Source: Zygnema circumcarinatum SAG 698-1b
Lineage: Eukaryota > Plantae > Zygnematophyceae
Reading direction: 5' to 3'
Assembly (NCBI GenBank): GCA_037447605.1
Contig: CM074811.1
Span: 434,001 to 498,000, forward strand
Length of the DNA: 64,000 nt
The position numbers and the translations under genes are program-made. Below are positions 41,816-64,000 of the stretch, in pieces (position 1 is the stretch's first letter; each line of letters begins with the position of its first letter). The notes under the pieces were generated by a model that was given only the letters and a program-made list of their open reading frames with translations, did not search any database and had not been told where the DNA came from.

Positions 41816-43095
41816 ATGGTTTGTTGTCGGCTTTCGTTTTTTGTTGGCATTGCGGCATCATGCAGACAGTCGATAGCAGCCTTTGGTTTGGCAGCAGACC
41901 ATGACCGCGTTTCAAATATCGAGATATGTGATAAGCTGAAAATTGTGATGAGGAATATTACGAGCTTCCTTTAGTCAGAAGTTGGGACATTTTCATCTTC
42001 ATTTTGGTGTCTGGCACTGCGGTTTGATCTGCCCGGAGAATGGGCGAGAGGGGTTCAGTCAAGTCACGTCATGTCATGTCGCGTCTCGTCATGTCGCGTC
42101 GCGTCACGTCACGAGTGCATCCGCGAACATGACCAAACCAATTCCATCCTCTTTAGGCCTTTTAGAGCTTGAGTGGCGTTGTGGGGCCCACTCCACGGCG
42201 CCGAGGGCTGACGTCAGCGTGGCCGCGGGTCTGAAAGCGGTGGCCAGGCGGTAACGTGATGTTGCGGGGGAGCGGGCACTTTGAGAAAGGTTTTACCCGC
42301 CCAATCCATTGGACTATCGCTTCTGACTGGCGGACTGAATAACAGATTTTGTATTGAAAAATAGGTCAGGTTAGGTTAACACCCCTAATAGGGATGGTCA
42401 AGGTTTGCCGAAACCATGGCGAAAATATTGGGGGGCGGGCTACTGTATAAGGAATTCGAAAATTTCGTAAGCGATAGTCAAGGTCTGACTGCCCCTAGGT
42501 GGAGTCGGACCATCGTTGGACCCACGAATTTTCTTACTCTTAGCGTTTATGCAGAGTAGAATCTGGGGGGTGGGCAGACGCACTCAAAGCTAATCTGCGT
42601 AAAATGGGTTTTTAGGGTTTTTAACCCTTGTCTGGTGAAAAAAGGTTAACCTAGACAAAAAACTCTTACACTTGCAACCACTTTAATAATGAAGGAGTGA
42701 AAAGTTTTCTCAACTTTTTTTGTTGGCAACAGTCGACTGATGTGTCCTTTTGGTAAATTTGACTTGTGGAGCACCAGACTTGCATAGAGTTACATTTGGC
42801 ATTGCGTTGACTTGAACTTCAGCATTTCTCTCTGACCTTCGAAATAGTCAACCTCCGCAAACTGCCCAATCTCATAAACTAAAGAATACTCTTGTCCTCA
42901 CGAAATACGTCAACAATTTCTATCGCCCACAAAACTCCAAAACGTTCACCCCCCATCCTGGGACCTCCTTCCAATGGACATGTACAACTTGAGCTTGCTT
43001 CCAAACAAAAAAAAAAAAAAGTCACGATCAGAAATTTTCCATATTTTAGGTTACACATTTTATATTACAGAAGTGGCCAGTGCCCTTTTCTTTCT

Positions 43096-45275
43096 TCAAT
43101 CCTCCTTCTTGGAGGCCCTCCTTTGAGCCTCTTCCAAGATGGCTTTGGCCTCCTCGTGCAAAGTCGCAACGGCGGATCGCGGGCTGTTGGGGTGGAGGGC
43201 GAAGTGGAGGCGGAGACCGTCCGGGACATAATCAGGAAGGAGGAAACCGAACAGGTTGTATCCCCAGAAGAAGAAGTTCGCCACTGGTGAAGGGCAGGGA
43301 GAGGGGGAGAGAGAGAGAGAGAGGAGAGAGAGAGGGGGAGAGAGAGAGAGAGAATGAGAGAGAGAGGGAGAGAGAGATGAGAGAGAGAAAGTGAGAGAGA
43401 GGGAGGGAGAGAGTGAGAGAGAGGTGAAGGCCAGGGAGAGAAGGGGGAGAGAGAGAGTGAGGAGAGAGAGAGAGACAGAGGAGAGAGAGAGAGGAGAGAG
43501 ATGAGAGAGAGAGGGAGGGAGAGAGATGGATGAGAGAGAGAGAGAGTGAGGGAGGGAGAGAGTGAGAGAGAGATGAGAGAGAGAGATGAGAGAGAGAGAA
43601 ATGTCCTTTTTCAGAAAGGTGATTCACACATGCAGAGTCCGCACCGAGGGAGGGAGGGAGGGAGGGAGGGAGGGAGGGAGACGGAGAGGAAGAAAAGGAC
43701 GAGGGGGAGGACGAGGGAGAGACACACACCTGCAAGTAGCAGCCCTGCCTGCAGCCACAACAGCTGTAAGGTTCCGTCGATACTTCCTTCAGCTTTTGCA
43801 GAGGCAATGTGTGACGCCGTGTCACACATCCACTGGTAAAGGGTGAACATCCTCCGGGAATTGTACAGCGGAGGAATGAGAACTCTGCCGACAGAAATAG
43901 CAAAACGATCTAAGAATAAACAGCAAAAGTATCAATGAAATACAGAGCCACTAGTTGTACGGGTCAGCTTCCAGAGGCCACGAGAGCTTCATGTTCTTAA
44001 CAATGCATGCATAATCAGAAGGAATTGTTAAGGACACATACCCTCCATTGGCATTCAATCAGAGATTAGAAGTAAAGAGTAGCTTGGGTTCACCTCACAC
44101 AGATCACCATGTTTGCAGCGTATGAATGCCTTTCAGCTACAACCTGTGAATGTCCAAAAAGAAAGGAAGAACGAGTACCGAGGAAGTGTGAACCAACAAA
44201 AACCCAAATATAGAAAAAAGTGCATTGGTCTATGTGCCACTCCCTCCTCTCTTCCCTTCCCTCACCTCCCTCCCTCCCTTCTCCACCACCTGCCCTCCCT
44301 CTTTCCTTCCAACCTCTCACCTTCCCTCCCTTCTTGCCTTCCTCCCTTCCTTTCTCCTCCCTTACTTTCCCTCGCCTCCCTCCATCCCCTACTCCTTCCC
44401 TCCCTTTCCATCCCTTCCCCTCGCTCCCACCCTCCTTCCCTTCCTCCTTCCCCGCTTCCCTTCATTCCTCCCTCCATCCCTTCCCCCCTCCCTTCCCCCT
44501 ACTTGTCTCCTTCTTTCCCTCCCTCCCTCCCCCCTCTTCCCTCCCCTCCCCTTCCCACCATCTCCCTCTCCCTCTCTCTCTCTCTCACTCCCTTCCTCCC
44601 ACCCTCCTTCCCTCCTTCCTTGCCTCTCTCCCTCCCTGCATTCCTCCCTCCCTCCCTCCCTCCATCGATCCTCCTCTCTCCCTCCTCCCTCCCCCTCCCT
44701 CTCTCACCTGCGCCACGAGCAGCAGCAGATGCGGCCCTGCCGCCCTCCACGCCCAGCCCACGTGGCGGCCCCCCACCAACAGCCCGGACAGCAGGAATCC
44801 CGCGGGAAGGAGAAGGCCCAAAACCGCGGCCCCCCTTATGTATCTGCCGCCCCCCCCTCAGCGCGTTAGGACCTTAACTGAAATTTCTTCTCTGTCTTAA
44901 GAATTAGCGGAGGCCAATTTTTTATTTTTTCTTGAGGTTTACTTTGTTTTATTTTAATTTTATTAACGTGCATTTCTCTTTCATGGGTCGTATTTTTTTT
45001 TTTTAAGGTTTATGTTTTTTTTTAATATTTTATTAACGTGTATTCCTCTGTTTTGGGTCTAATTTTTGAAGTAAGAACCCCGCATCCCTCCACCCCTCGT
45101 TGGCTCACCTCTTGAACTCGGGCCGCGGCGCATAGAGCCGCGGTTGCCGTTCCGTTGGAGACGTGTACACGTGGCGGGAGAGGTGCCACGTGTACAGCCA
45201 CGTCAGCGCCGTGAACACCACCGCGTCCCACGGGGGCTCCACCGACGTGGCGAGAGTGCGGCTGAGGGCGTCCAT
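43096..45275 (-). CDS. Conserved plant multi-pass membrane protein of unknown function (resembles the At2g37035/At5g52420 type, from recall), 231 aa
   Basis: Exons: 45109-45275, 44708-44843, 44094-44143, 43730-43884, 43096-43283 (696 nt, in frame). Motifs AAGPHLLLLVAQ, VRVLIPPLYNSRRMFTLYQW, VANFFFWGYNLFGFLLPDYVP. Confidence 0.75.
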
Positions 45276-45568
45276 CTCTCTCTCGCCTCTCTCTCTCCAC
45301 TCCCTCTCCCTCTCCCTCTCTCTCTCTCTGTCTCGCTTTCCCTCTCCCCTCTCTCTTTCCCTCTCCCTCTCTCCTCTCTCTCTCTCTCTCTCTCCCCCAC
45401 TTCCTCTCCTCTCTCTTTTTGTTTTCTCTGCTCCTCTCTTCCACCTCTCTTATCTCTCTCTCCCTCTTCTCTCGCTCCGAACGAACGATCGACGGCGAAC
45501 CATTTTCGATACTGGATAGCAATATGCCACATGGCAACCGTGTCCGCAATCGACCTACCATAGGCCAA

Positions 45569-45617
45569 CACGTGGCAAACCTGTTCTTGAACGACCAACC
45601 AGAAGCCAACACGTGGC
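45569..45617. promoter_or_regulatory. Two G-box/ABRE-type elements (CACGTGGC) upstream of the membrane-protein gene
   Basis: GCCAACACGTGGCAAA occurs twice (cores at 45569-45576 and 45610-45617), about 295-340 bp upstream of the ATG at 45275. Function is inferred. Confidence 0.45.
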
Positions 45618-46097
45618 AAATGCAGCCAATTTTTTGCAAAAAATATCACTTGTATACGATCGAGAGTTAACAAAACGGTACGGTCCGTGTCGTATTTCCC
45701 GTACTATACCGTACAAGGAGTCCGTATGACTAATTTCGTACAATGTGTGACGGTTCTGTGAAATCGAGGAGCACAGAAATCGAGCAGTTCGCTGTCGGCT
45801 GTTCCGTAGAGTAACACTTTCTCAAATGGAAGCATGACGCAGTTTAGTCAACCGTTGGACAAGTATGACTCCATGTGGTTACCCTTTTGCTTCGTAAATA
45901 GAGCCATGTAACAAAATGAGAAATGCAAAAATTGGGGCTAAAGTGAACTTCCCACAAACTGAATAAACTGATTTATGCACATGGAAACGAGGCAGATAGC
46001 TCCGTTCTCCATGCTCTCATGGAAGACGAAACTTGGCGTCTAAAAACTAAACAAAAACCTCAAACAGCTTCACTTGCGTTCAAGTATTAACCTCCCA

Positions 46098-52120
<6,023 letters not shown>

Positions 52121-52124
52121 GGCG

Positions 52125-52233
52125 AAACCCTAATCCTAATGCCTAATCTTGGACCTCTTATCCTAACCCTAACCCTAACCCTAATCCTAACTCTACTTTC
52201 CCAACCCTAACCCTAATAACCGTAACCCTAAAA
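52125..52233. repeat. Telomere-like (CCCTAA/AAACCCT) tract immediately upstream of the TOP3B ATG (telo-box cluster)
   Basis: AAACCCTAAT at 52125 plus several CCCTAA units to 52233. Confidence 0.8.
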
Positions 52234-53107
52234 CGCAGCAGCACGTTCGGATATCGGCGTTCATTCGATATTGCACGATGTGCAGTTCTACAGGGTCCTA
52301 ACCTTAATTTTTGCACTGATGGTTTATTGATAGAAGAGGGGAAAGAGATGAGGAAAGAGGTCAATTGTTTCTTGGTTCTGTATGTTGTTTCTGTCCATCT
52401 GCTTTTGATGGCATCGCCATAGTGAGATCAATGCCAATCCATTTCTTCTTGTCAATTGAGACTGATATGCAGTCCGATACAACCAGCTTTCGATTATATG
52501 ATTCCACATTCCTTGATCAGATTCTACTGGCAGGTGCGTAGATATTTGCATTCTGTCTGAGCAATGCTTTGTTTTTTAATAAACCGCTCCGCTTCCACAA
52601 CCCCCAAAGCCTTATTCTATAATCATTCCCAATTCACAAGCTCCAGCATATTTTCAATTATACGGTTCTGTTCATCCGCATTCCGACAGAACAAAGGTTT
52701 CGAATCTTCTATCTGATGACTTCTGATATTTTCCAGCAGAATCACACACAGAAATGTAAAGAGAACATGGAGAGAGTGACACAGAAAATGTTCGATTGTG
52801 ACATAAAAAAAGGACATTTGAAGACAGTTTCAGGGTCGTCCTGACCAACAAAATACATCCTGCATCCTCTGATTAGAAGATTGCCTACAAAGGAACAATA
52901 CAAACCCTAACAATATGCGCCAAAGCTGCCTTCCCAATCCCAGCCTCCACAATAACAAAACACCATAAACTCGAGAGCATTATTTTGCCTCTTAATCTGC
53001 ACCTGCTCAAAGAAACTGAGAGCCATCGGTCATTGGAAAGAAGAATTTCTTCTAACGGAATTCTTCTATCAGAAGAATCTGAGGCCTTCCTATTCCCAAA
53101 GATCCAC

Positions 53108-53158
53108 CCCTAAACCTAACCCAACGCTAACCCTAAACCCTAAACCCTAACCCTAAAA
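53108..53158. repeat. Interstitial telomere-like tract (mixed CCCTAA/CCCTAAA)
   Basis: Directly visible, downstream of the 722-aa ORF. Confidence 0.8.
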
Positions 53159-53329
53159 TGGAAATGTACACACAGAGGAACCCCCCTTCTCATTACACCA
53201 GCAACTCCGAAATGCCCTCTGCTTTTCCATCTTTAGCCTCAAAGAAAATCCCCTGAAGCTCCTCTTTCATCAAACCCTAATTCCATGCTTTCCCCCACCA
53301 ACAGATCCCAATACACCTTCACTTCATTT

Positions 53330-55498
53330 TCAAAAGTCGATGATCGGCAGCGCATCCGTCGATCCACTTCCCGATGTGGTCTTATACGGCGACCATTTTT
53401 GGAAAATTGATGTCAAATTCTGCGTAATTGCTTGTACCACTTCCGTCAAGTTCAATTCATCATCCTCGTCGTCCTCCTCTCCCTCCTCTCCCTTCTCACT
53501 CCGAGTAGCTGAAGTCGGAGTTCTCGTCTTCCTCATAGAAATTCCCGGGAACGTTTGCGGAGAGGGAGGATTGAAAAAGGTAAGTCCTGAAAGTGAGCTT
53601 GACAATTTCCCCCCTTGAGCTGACTTAGCCTTTGTTGCAGAAGCTCGTTCTGCCGATAAGATAGCAGCTTCCACCTGCTTTTGAAGCTCCTCCTGCGTTT
53701 CTACTTTCCACTCCCCCTCTCTACCCTCCGTCTTCCCCAACTTTCCATATCCAACTTCGCCAGTCCCTACTGCCCATGTTGGAGTACTACGAATGTGGGT
53801 ATTTTCAACTTCTCTTTTATCAACAATCTGCCAGTCTCCCGATTCCAACATTTGTTCAACAGCTTTCTCAACCGCCAACTCAATCATGGCCACATCTTCA
53901 TCTTTATGCTCTTCCTTTTCATCATACTCTACTCTCTCAATTTTCTCCTCTTTCTCTCCCTCCGTCTCCTCCTCCGGCTGTCCTCCTACCCCCACCACAA
54001 CATTCTCAACCTTTTCTTGAGATGCTTCTAATGGTACAGTTCTCTCAGTGCTTCCCTCTCTCCCTTCTCCATCCATCTCCCTTTTCTCACTCTCAACTAC
54101 TGGCTCAAACTTCGGAGTCTTTCTAAGGTTCAGTGTTCCATCATCCTCCTCTACCACTGCTCCTTCTTCTTGGAGTTCAACAGGTTTCTGACCACTCAGA
54201 ACTGCATGGAAATAGGCTGCCCGTTCTGCAACCTTTTCCGTTGACTTCGTTCCCCCTACCGGTGACTGATTCTGTCTCTTCTGCTTCCCTCTCTTGGAAG
54301 TCTCCTCCAACCACTTAGCAATTGCCAAAGCACTCCTTCCCCCTGCAGTCTGAGCCTCCTCCGTCTCTCCTCCCCCTCTCTCCTCCTCTCCCGCTCCCTC
54401 CCTCTTCTTATTCTTCTTAGCTGTCTCCTCCAGCATCTTCACAATCTCCAATGCCTTCTGCCTTGCTACTCTCTGCAGAGCTTCTTCTCTCTTTTTATCA
54501 TTCATCACCCTCTTCGTCCTTATGCTCTGCTTCTCCTCCAGCTGCCTCGCAATACTTAGTGTCTTTTGCCTCTCAACCTTTACTCCCTCTCCTCCCTCCT
54601 TGCCATCTTTCCGACTATCCTGATACCCTAGCTGAGCCATAGCCCACTTCCTCTGCCTCTCTGCCTCCACCTCCTTCTTCTCCTCCTTCTTTCCTTCCCC
54701 ACCCTTAATCTCAAACCCTAATTGTGCCACTGCCCATTTCCGCTGTCTTGCTGCCTTCTGAGCTGCCGTCTCCTCATCCATACACTCATCCTCTCCTCCT
54801 GCTTCACTCCCTCTCTCTCTCTCTTCCTTCCCTACTGTTGGAGACTTTGGCGGTCCATCGAATCCCAACTGTGAAAGAGCCCATTTCCTCTGCCTTGCAG
54901 CAATCTGTGCGGCAGCTTCCTCGTCCACTTCTTCTGCCTCTTTAGCCCCCACATTTGCACTCTGTACTACCTTTGCTTCTGCTGCTACATTTGTTGACTT
55001 CTTATCTTTCGAGTTTCGCCGTGCTTTAGACTGCTCCAATTGAGCCACAGCCCATGCTCTCTGTCCCTTCTGAGCTGCTGCTGCTTCCTCCTCCTCACTC
55101 CCACTCTCTCCCGCTCCTTTTGTCTTACCTTCCGGACTCGCTTTCGTCTCTACTGCCTTTACCTGCTCGTCCTGTGCAGAATTTTCCACCCCATCATTAA
55201 GAGCTGCACGTTCTTTTTCCCTAGCAACCAAAAGCTCCTGTACATGCAACTTCGACTTTTGTTTCTCCATAAGAATGGCCTGCTGCTTCCCTTTCTCCTG
55301 TTCCTTGATGTTCTTCCATTTCTCCACTACCGCCGAACTCGCTTTTTTTATCAGTTTTTTCCCTGCCTCTCCTTCCGAAGCATTTTCTTTCAACCCGTCA
55401 ACATTCAACTTTTCTTCCCCCGTTCCTCCAACGCTTAATCTATTACTTTTCTGGTCCTCCGTCCCCACGGTTACTCCTCTGACAGCCGCAACCTCCAT
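53330..55498 (-). CDS. Uncharacterised 722-aa Glu/Lys/Gly-rich protein with repeated helical motifs (single coding exon)
   Basis: 2.17-kb open frame that is not microsatellite-derived; in-frame stop just upstream of the ATG; repeated RQRKWA[LVM]xQLG motifs; probable 5'UTR intron (donor about 56073, acceptor about 55603). Confidence 0.8.
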   Translation of the reverse strand: MEVAAVRGVTVGTEDQKSNRLSVGGTGEEKLNVDGLKENASEGEAGKKLIKKASSAVVEKWKNIKEQEKGKQQAILMEKQKSKLHVQELLVAREKERAALNDGVENSAQDEQVKAVETKASPEGKTKGAGESGSEEEEAAAAQKGQRAWAVAQLEQSKARRNSKDKKSTNVAAEAKVVQSANVGAKEAEEVDEEAAAQIAARQRKWALSQLGFDGPPKSPTVGKEERERGSEAGGEDECMDEETAAQKAARQRKWAVAQLGFEIKGGEGKKEEKKEVEAERQRKWAMAQLGYQDSRKDGKEGGEGVKVERQKTLSIARQLEEKQSIRTKRVMNDKKREEALQRVARQKALEIVKMLEETAKKNKKREGAGEEERGGGETEEAQTAGGRSALAIAKWLEETSKRGKQKRQNQSPVGGTKSTEKVAERAAYFHAVLSGQKPVELQEEGAVVEEDDGTLNLRKTPKFEPVVESEKREMDGEGREGSTERTVPLEASQEKVENVVVGVGGQPEEETEGEKEEKIERVEYDEKEEHKDEDVAMIELAVEKAVEQMLESGDWQIVDKREVENTHIRSTPTWAVGTGEVGYGKLGKTEGREGEWKVETQEELQKQVEAAILSAERASATKAKSAQGGKLSSSLSGLTFFNPPSPQTFPGISMRKTRTPTSATRSEKGEEGEEDDEDDELNLTEVVQAITQNLTSIFQKWSPYKTTSGSGSTDALPIIDF

Positions 55499-57309
55499 TA
55501 CCGATTAAGGAGGCTTTCAGGCAGACGATCTGTGACATCCAAACGGAGGGAAGCCATACAAAGGTCAAATAAGATTCCTTCAATTTTTTGACAGCGCTAA
55601 TCTGAAGAAAAGACGAGAAAGTAAAGCGATGGTCGGATTGAGCAAGCGAGTGGGTAAAGGGTGTGAAGAATGGGTAAAGAAAGGAGGGTGAAAGTCACAG
55701 AGGGAGAGTCAAGAGTGGAGAGAGAGAGAGAGAACGAGTTAACAGAGGAAGGAGAGCCAGCAAGGGAGGGAGTAGAGAATGGTTGAGAGAGGGAGAGAGC
55801 AAAAAGGCAGAGAGAGAGGGAAGGGAGAGAAAGATTGGGGCTGAAAGTGAGAAGAATGCGTACACATTGCCACAAACATTACGAGACAAGCAGCGGGAAA
55901 ACATGAATGCATCATTTCAGATCGTCAAACGCATGCTGATAACAAAAGTCGTAATCATTCAAATATTGACCCCTTCAAAAAAAACAGGCATATAACGATG
56001 TCAAGCAACCCAAAACATGGAAACCGTGGATACCTAAATCTCAACGCAAAGAAGTGAAACAGAAGAAACCTACCTCACACGAGTCAGAGGCAGAAGAGAG
56101 AGTAAAAGCTCTTCTTTCAGGTCCTCCTTCCCTCACTCTCCCTCTCGCTGTCTCCTTCCACTTTTTCTCTGCCTTCTTCTCTAACTCCCTCGCTCCCCTT
56201 GTATCTCTCCACCTCCCCGCTCTCCTCTCTTCTGCTCTCGTCCACACTCTCCGTCTCTGTTTCCACACTTTCCGCCACTTCTCGCTCTCTCTCTCCTTTA
56301 CACTCTCCCTCTCCCACACCCGCTTCTGACCGGCTCTCCCACCCTCCTCACCCACTCCCTATTCTTCCTATCTCCTCCCCCCCTCCCCACTTCTCTGCCT
56401 CCTCTCCCTCTCCCACTCCCTCCCTCTCTCTCGCTCTCCCACTCCCTCTCTCTCGCTCTCCCACTCTCTTTCCCTCCCCTCTCTCCCTCCCCTCTTCCTC
56501 AAACCATAATTTTGTCTGTTGCACTTCAGGCCAATGTCCGCCTGCCACGCCTCCCCCCTCCACCAATGACAGGAAACCACCAATCTCCTCTTCATAGAAC
56601 TCGTAATTTATTAAACCAATTCCATAAAACTTTTAGAAATATAAGAGATTTCTCAGTACTTATTCTTTGTTTCACTGTCAGCGGTCGTCGTCATGTCTTT
56701 GTGGTCCGCGCGCGCTCAAAGGTGAGGCCTATGGTACTTTCGCGGAAACTTCTGGAGGCCACCGACCTACGGAAGCTGTGGCCGATTTTTGTAGGTCGGT
56801 GTGGGCCTTCAGTGACTCGGACAAGGACCGCCGTACACTCCACCGACCGTACTTTCTGTACGAATCCTTGTATACGTCGTCATCTAAGCCGTTGAACAGG
56901 AATTGTACGATCGCATTTGAGCCGTCAGATGAAGCAACGACGTGGCTGGAAACGCTGTATCACCGCGTGATTTTTTGACCGTTCGATATCGCCGGGAACG
57001 GAAACGGGCGAGACGAAAACCAAAACGAAAACGGGAACGGGCGGGTGAAATCTTCAAGGTGGACAGTACAAATGTACAATGTCAAGGAATGAAATGAACC
57101 ATGCAAATGGAACCACAACAAAGTGGGCTTCCAAGAATCACTTGACAATGGTAACTTTACAAGAATCCATTGTACTGGCATTAGTAGACCTAAGATACAC
57201 ACCACCAAACCCAACGACACGTGTTTCGAACTACAGTATACACAATATGTACATGTTGCACCACCCAAAGGCTAGTCTCACCCCACATCCTCCCCCACAT
57301 CACATCACA

Positions 57310-61380
<4,071 letters not shown>

Positions 61381-62468
61381 GGAATAGGAGAGGGGAAGGA
61401 AAGGGAATAGGAGAGGGAATAGGAGAGGGAAAGAGGGAAAGGCGGAGGTAGCGGGAGTGGGGGAGGTAGGGGGGACAGGGAGGGAGAGGGAGAGGGAAGA
61501 GGAGAGGGGAAGGAGAGAGAGAAAGACGGTAGTAAGAGTGGAGATGCGCGAGCTGTGAATAGAGGAATGGATTCGGCAATTGGCTTCACACATGGCGATG
61601 CCACGAAATGCACGTGGACAGAATGCAGCATGCAGAACCACGAGGAACCGACCACTCACAACTTACCCAACAACGAAAGAAAAAGCTGTGAGTGATGGGT
61701 TCCTCGTGGTTTCCACATGTTGCCTTTGATTGCATGTATGTATGTATGTCGAGGGAGAAGATGATGTTTGATTGAACTCACGATGGCAAGGCCATCAAAT
61801 GTACATGGACAAAATGATCATGGGAAACCACGAGGAACCGATTGCAAAGGACTTGACAGACAGAGTACATGTATGTATGTATGTATGTATGTATGTATGC
61901 ATGATAAGGCACCGTCGAGGGTGTGAGCCCTCAGCTGTCAAGTGTAGGCAACGTGTGAACGGGGACAATTCGACAACGACGGCGTCCGACCGCATGGGAA
62001 TGGAGGGCGGATAAAAGTCGGCGACCAATGAGAGTTCGACACGACTATTCACGTGGGCGAATGGGAGGTCGTCAGCTAAGCACCTTTGTCGCGGAGTGGT
62101 CGCATTGGACGGTGCGCTACAACGGCACGCCACGTGGCAACGTTAGGACGAAGGTGAGACGGCGACGTCGTTATAGTGTGAACGCGCTTTCGCGTGATCG
62201 TGATTGGAAGCAAACGAAAGCGTGGATTTGAAGTCAAGGCGTTCACACGTGTTAAGTTTGGGACACGTGTGAACAGGTCTCCCTTTTATCCCTCTAAGGG
62301 ATAAACTAAACCTTTAACAAGACTCACCTTACTTTTCATTTTAAGGGATGAGGTAATGCACATGCAAAGCCACTTCACAGTCAGATCAATGCCACATCCT
62401 CCCACTTCACATACCGTAAAGAGCATATATATAGGAGTGAAGGAAACATAGTAGCTCGCATTTTTCCA

Positions 62469-64000
62469 ATGGCGCTCTCTCTCCTCTCTCCCTCTCCCTC
62501 TAACTCTCTCGCTCCTTCTCTCTCCTGCTCCGGAGCTTCCCCCTTCCCCTTCCCTTCGCCTACAACCTCCGCATCTTCTCCCTCCTCTCTCCTTCTCCCT
62601 CGTCCCCATTCTCTCCCCCCCTGCTCTGCTGTACTTGCATACCCGAACACCCTAAAATCCCTGCAATACCTAAACACCCCAAAAGCCTATTTTCCTCTAA
62701 GCTTTCTGAATGGGCTCAAATCCCTTAAGAACCTAAATTCTTTGAACCCAAAATCCCCTTTAACGCAAATTGATGACCCCCCTCCTCGGTTGGGGACTGT
62801 TTGCTCTGCTTCCTCTGTCGGAGTCCTCCCCTTTCTCTCCTCCGCTGGGAGCAGTCTCCCGCAGGGAGCGACGGAGGAGGATGCAATTTATATGCGGAGG
62901 GCGGTGGAACTTTCAAGGAAGGCGCTGGGAAGAACGTCTCCCAACCCTATGGTTGGGTGTGTCATTGTGAAGGACGGAGAGGTGGTGGGAGAGGGATTTC
63001 ATCCCAAAGCAGGAGAGCCACACGCTGAGGTGCGCTCCCTCTCTTTCTTGCCAGCTCTCTCACACTCTCCCTCCTAGTCTCTCCATCTCTCTCCGCTTGT
63101 CTCTCCCTTCTGTCCCCTTCACCTTCCTCCGCCCGCTTCCCCCCGCCTCTCCCCCTTAATGCACCTCCTCCCCTCTCCTCCCACTTCCCCCTCCTCTTTC
63201 CTTTCCCCTCTTCCTCTCTTCCTCCTTCCCTTCACTCTCTCTCACTTTTGCTTAGCCACCACTTTCCCTCTCTCTCTCCCTCTGGCTCTCTCTCGTTTCT
63301 ACTCTCTCTCTCCTCGCTCTAACCTTCTCCCTGTTTCCCCCCTCTTCTTTCTCTCTCTCTCTCTCCCCGCTCTTTCTCTCTCTCTCCCCCCTCTCTCCCT
63401 CTCTCTCTCTCTCTCCCTCTCAGGTGTTCGCGCTGCGGGAAGCGGGCCACGCTGCTGCGGGGGCAACAGCCTATGTGAGTCTTGAGCCGTGCAACCACTT
63501 CGGCCGCACTCCTCCCTGCAGTCAGGCGCTGGTGAAGGCGAAGGTCAAGAAGGTGGTGGTCGGGACTATGGACCCCAACCCTAAGGTGGCGGGGAAGGGC
63601 ATAGAGACTCTGCGGAAGGCGGGAATCGAGGTAGTCGTGGGAGTGGAGGAGCAGCTCTGCCGAGTGAATGTGGAGGCTTTTGTGTGCCGCATGCTCGAGA
63701 AGAGGCCCCTTGCGGCTGTTAGGTGAGAGAAAAAAAACCCCTAAAAACTCAAAAGCTTTAAAAAGTTTTGAAGTTTACTACCTTCCTTAGAAAAAAAGGT
63801 AAAAAAACGCAAATAGAAACTCAAAATTTCTATAAAGTACGAAACCCGGAACACCTTAAGAAATAAGTCGAGTAGAAAGGGGTTATTTCTAACTTTTAAA
63901 AGCTGGTAATTGTAACAAATTGGGTATGGGAATGCTTACTGGTTCGCGTGATGGGTTTCAGGTATTCGATGTCTCTTGATGGGAAAGCTCTCGCAGGCAT
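62469..64000 (+). CDS. PYRD: Riboflavin biosynthesis pyrimidine deaminase PyrD/RibD, plastid-targeted (continues beyond window)
   Basis: Exons 62469-63029, 63424-63722, 63962->. Ser/Pro-rich transit peptide; [53 protein letters not shown] (zinc deaminase HAE/PC..C), then RYSMSLDG. Confidence 0.93.

Noticed and set aside
52300-53300. Short ORFs and splice-like sites between the 722-aa gene and TOP3B
   Set aside because: No frame-consistent gene or motif could be assembled; this is probably UTR or intergenic sequence.

Overview
This is eukaryotic nuclear DNA with GT-AG introns and a plant-type gene set, most consistent with a streptophyte green alga or early-diverging plant; the lineage cannot be fixed from sequence alone. 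I reconstructed 11 protein-coding genes by hand: an ATAD2-like AAA+/bromodomain protein (runs off the left edge), OST48, a DUF2358-like protein, a class II O-methyltransferase, a serine carboxypeptidase-like protein, a secreted LRR/Cys-rich/Pro-rich protein, a conserved plant membrane protein, TOP3B, a 722-aa charged repeat protein, a tocopherol-cyclase-like protein with an apparent signal peptide, and PyrD/RibD (runs off the right edge). The 24.5-35.9 kb block is a nest of transposable elements: TA-flanked inverted-repeat elements, a Tourist-like MITE, and a frameshifted Ty1/copia with three LTRs, an N gap and a CGGAT target-site duplication. Many introns are filled with (GA/CT)n tracts, which generate most of the long low-complexity ORFs in the supplied track. 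The best novelty candidates are (1) the LRX-like LRR gene built from recently duplicated 72-nt phase-2 exon+intron cassettes, (2) the apparently secreted tocopherol-cyclase-fold protein, and (3) the 722-aa protein with repeated helical motifs. Exon models are manual and family assignments rest on recalled motifs; no database searches were run.
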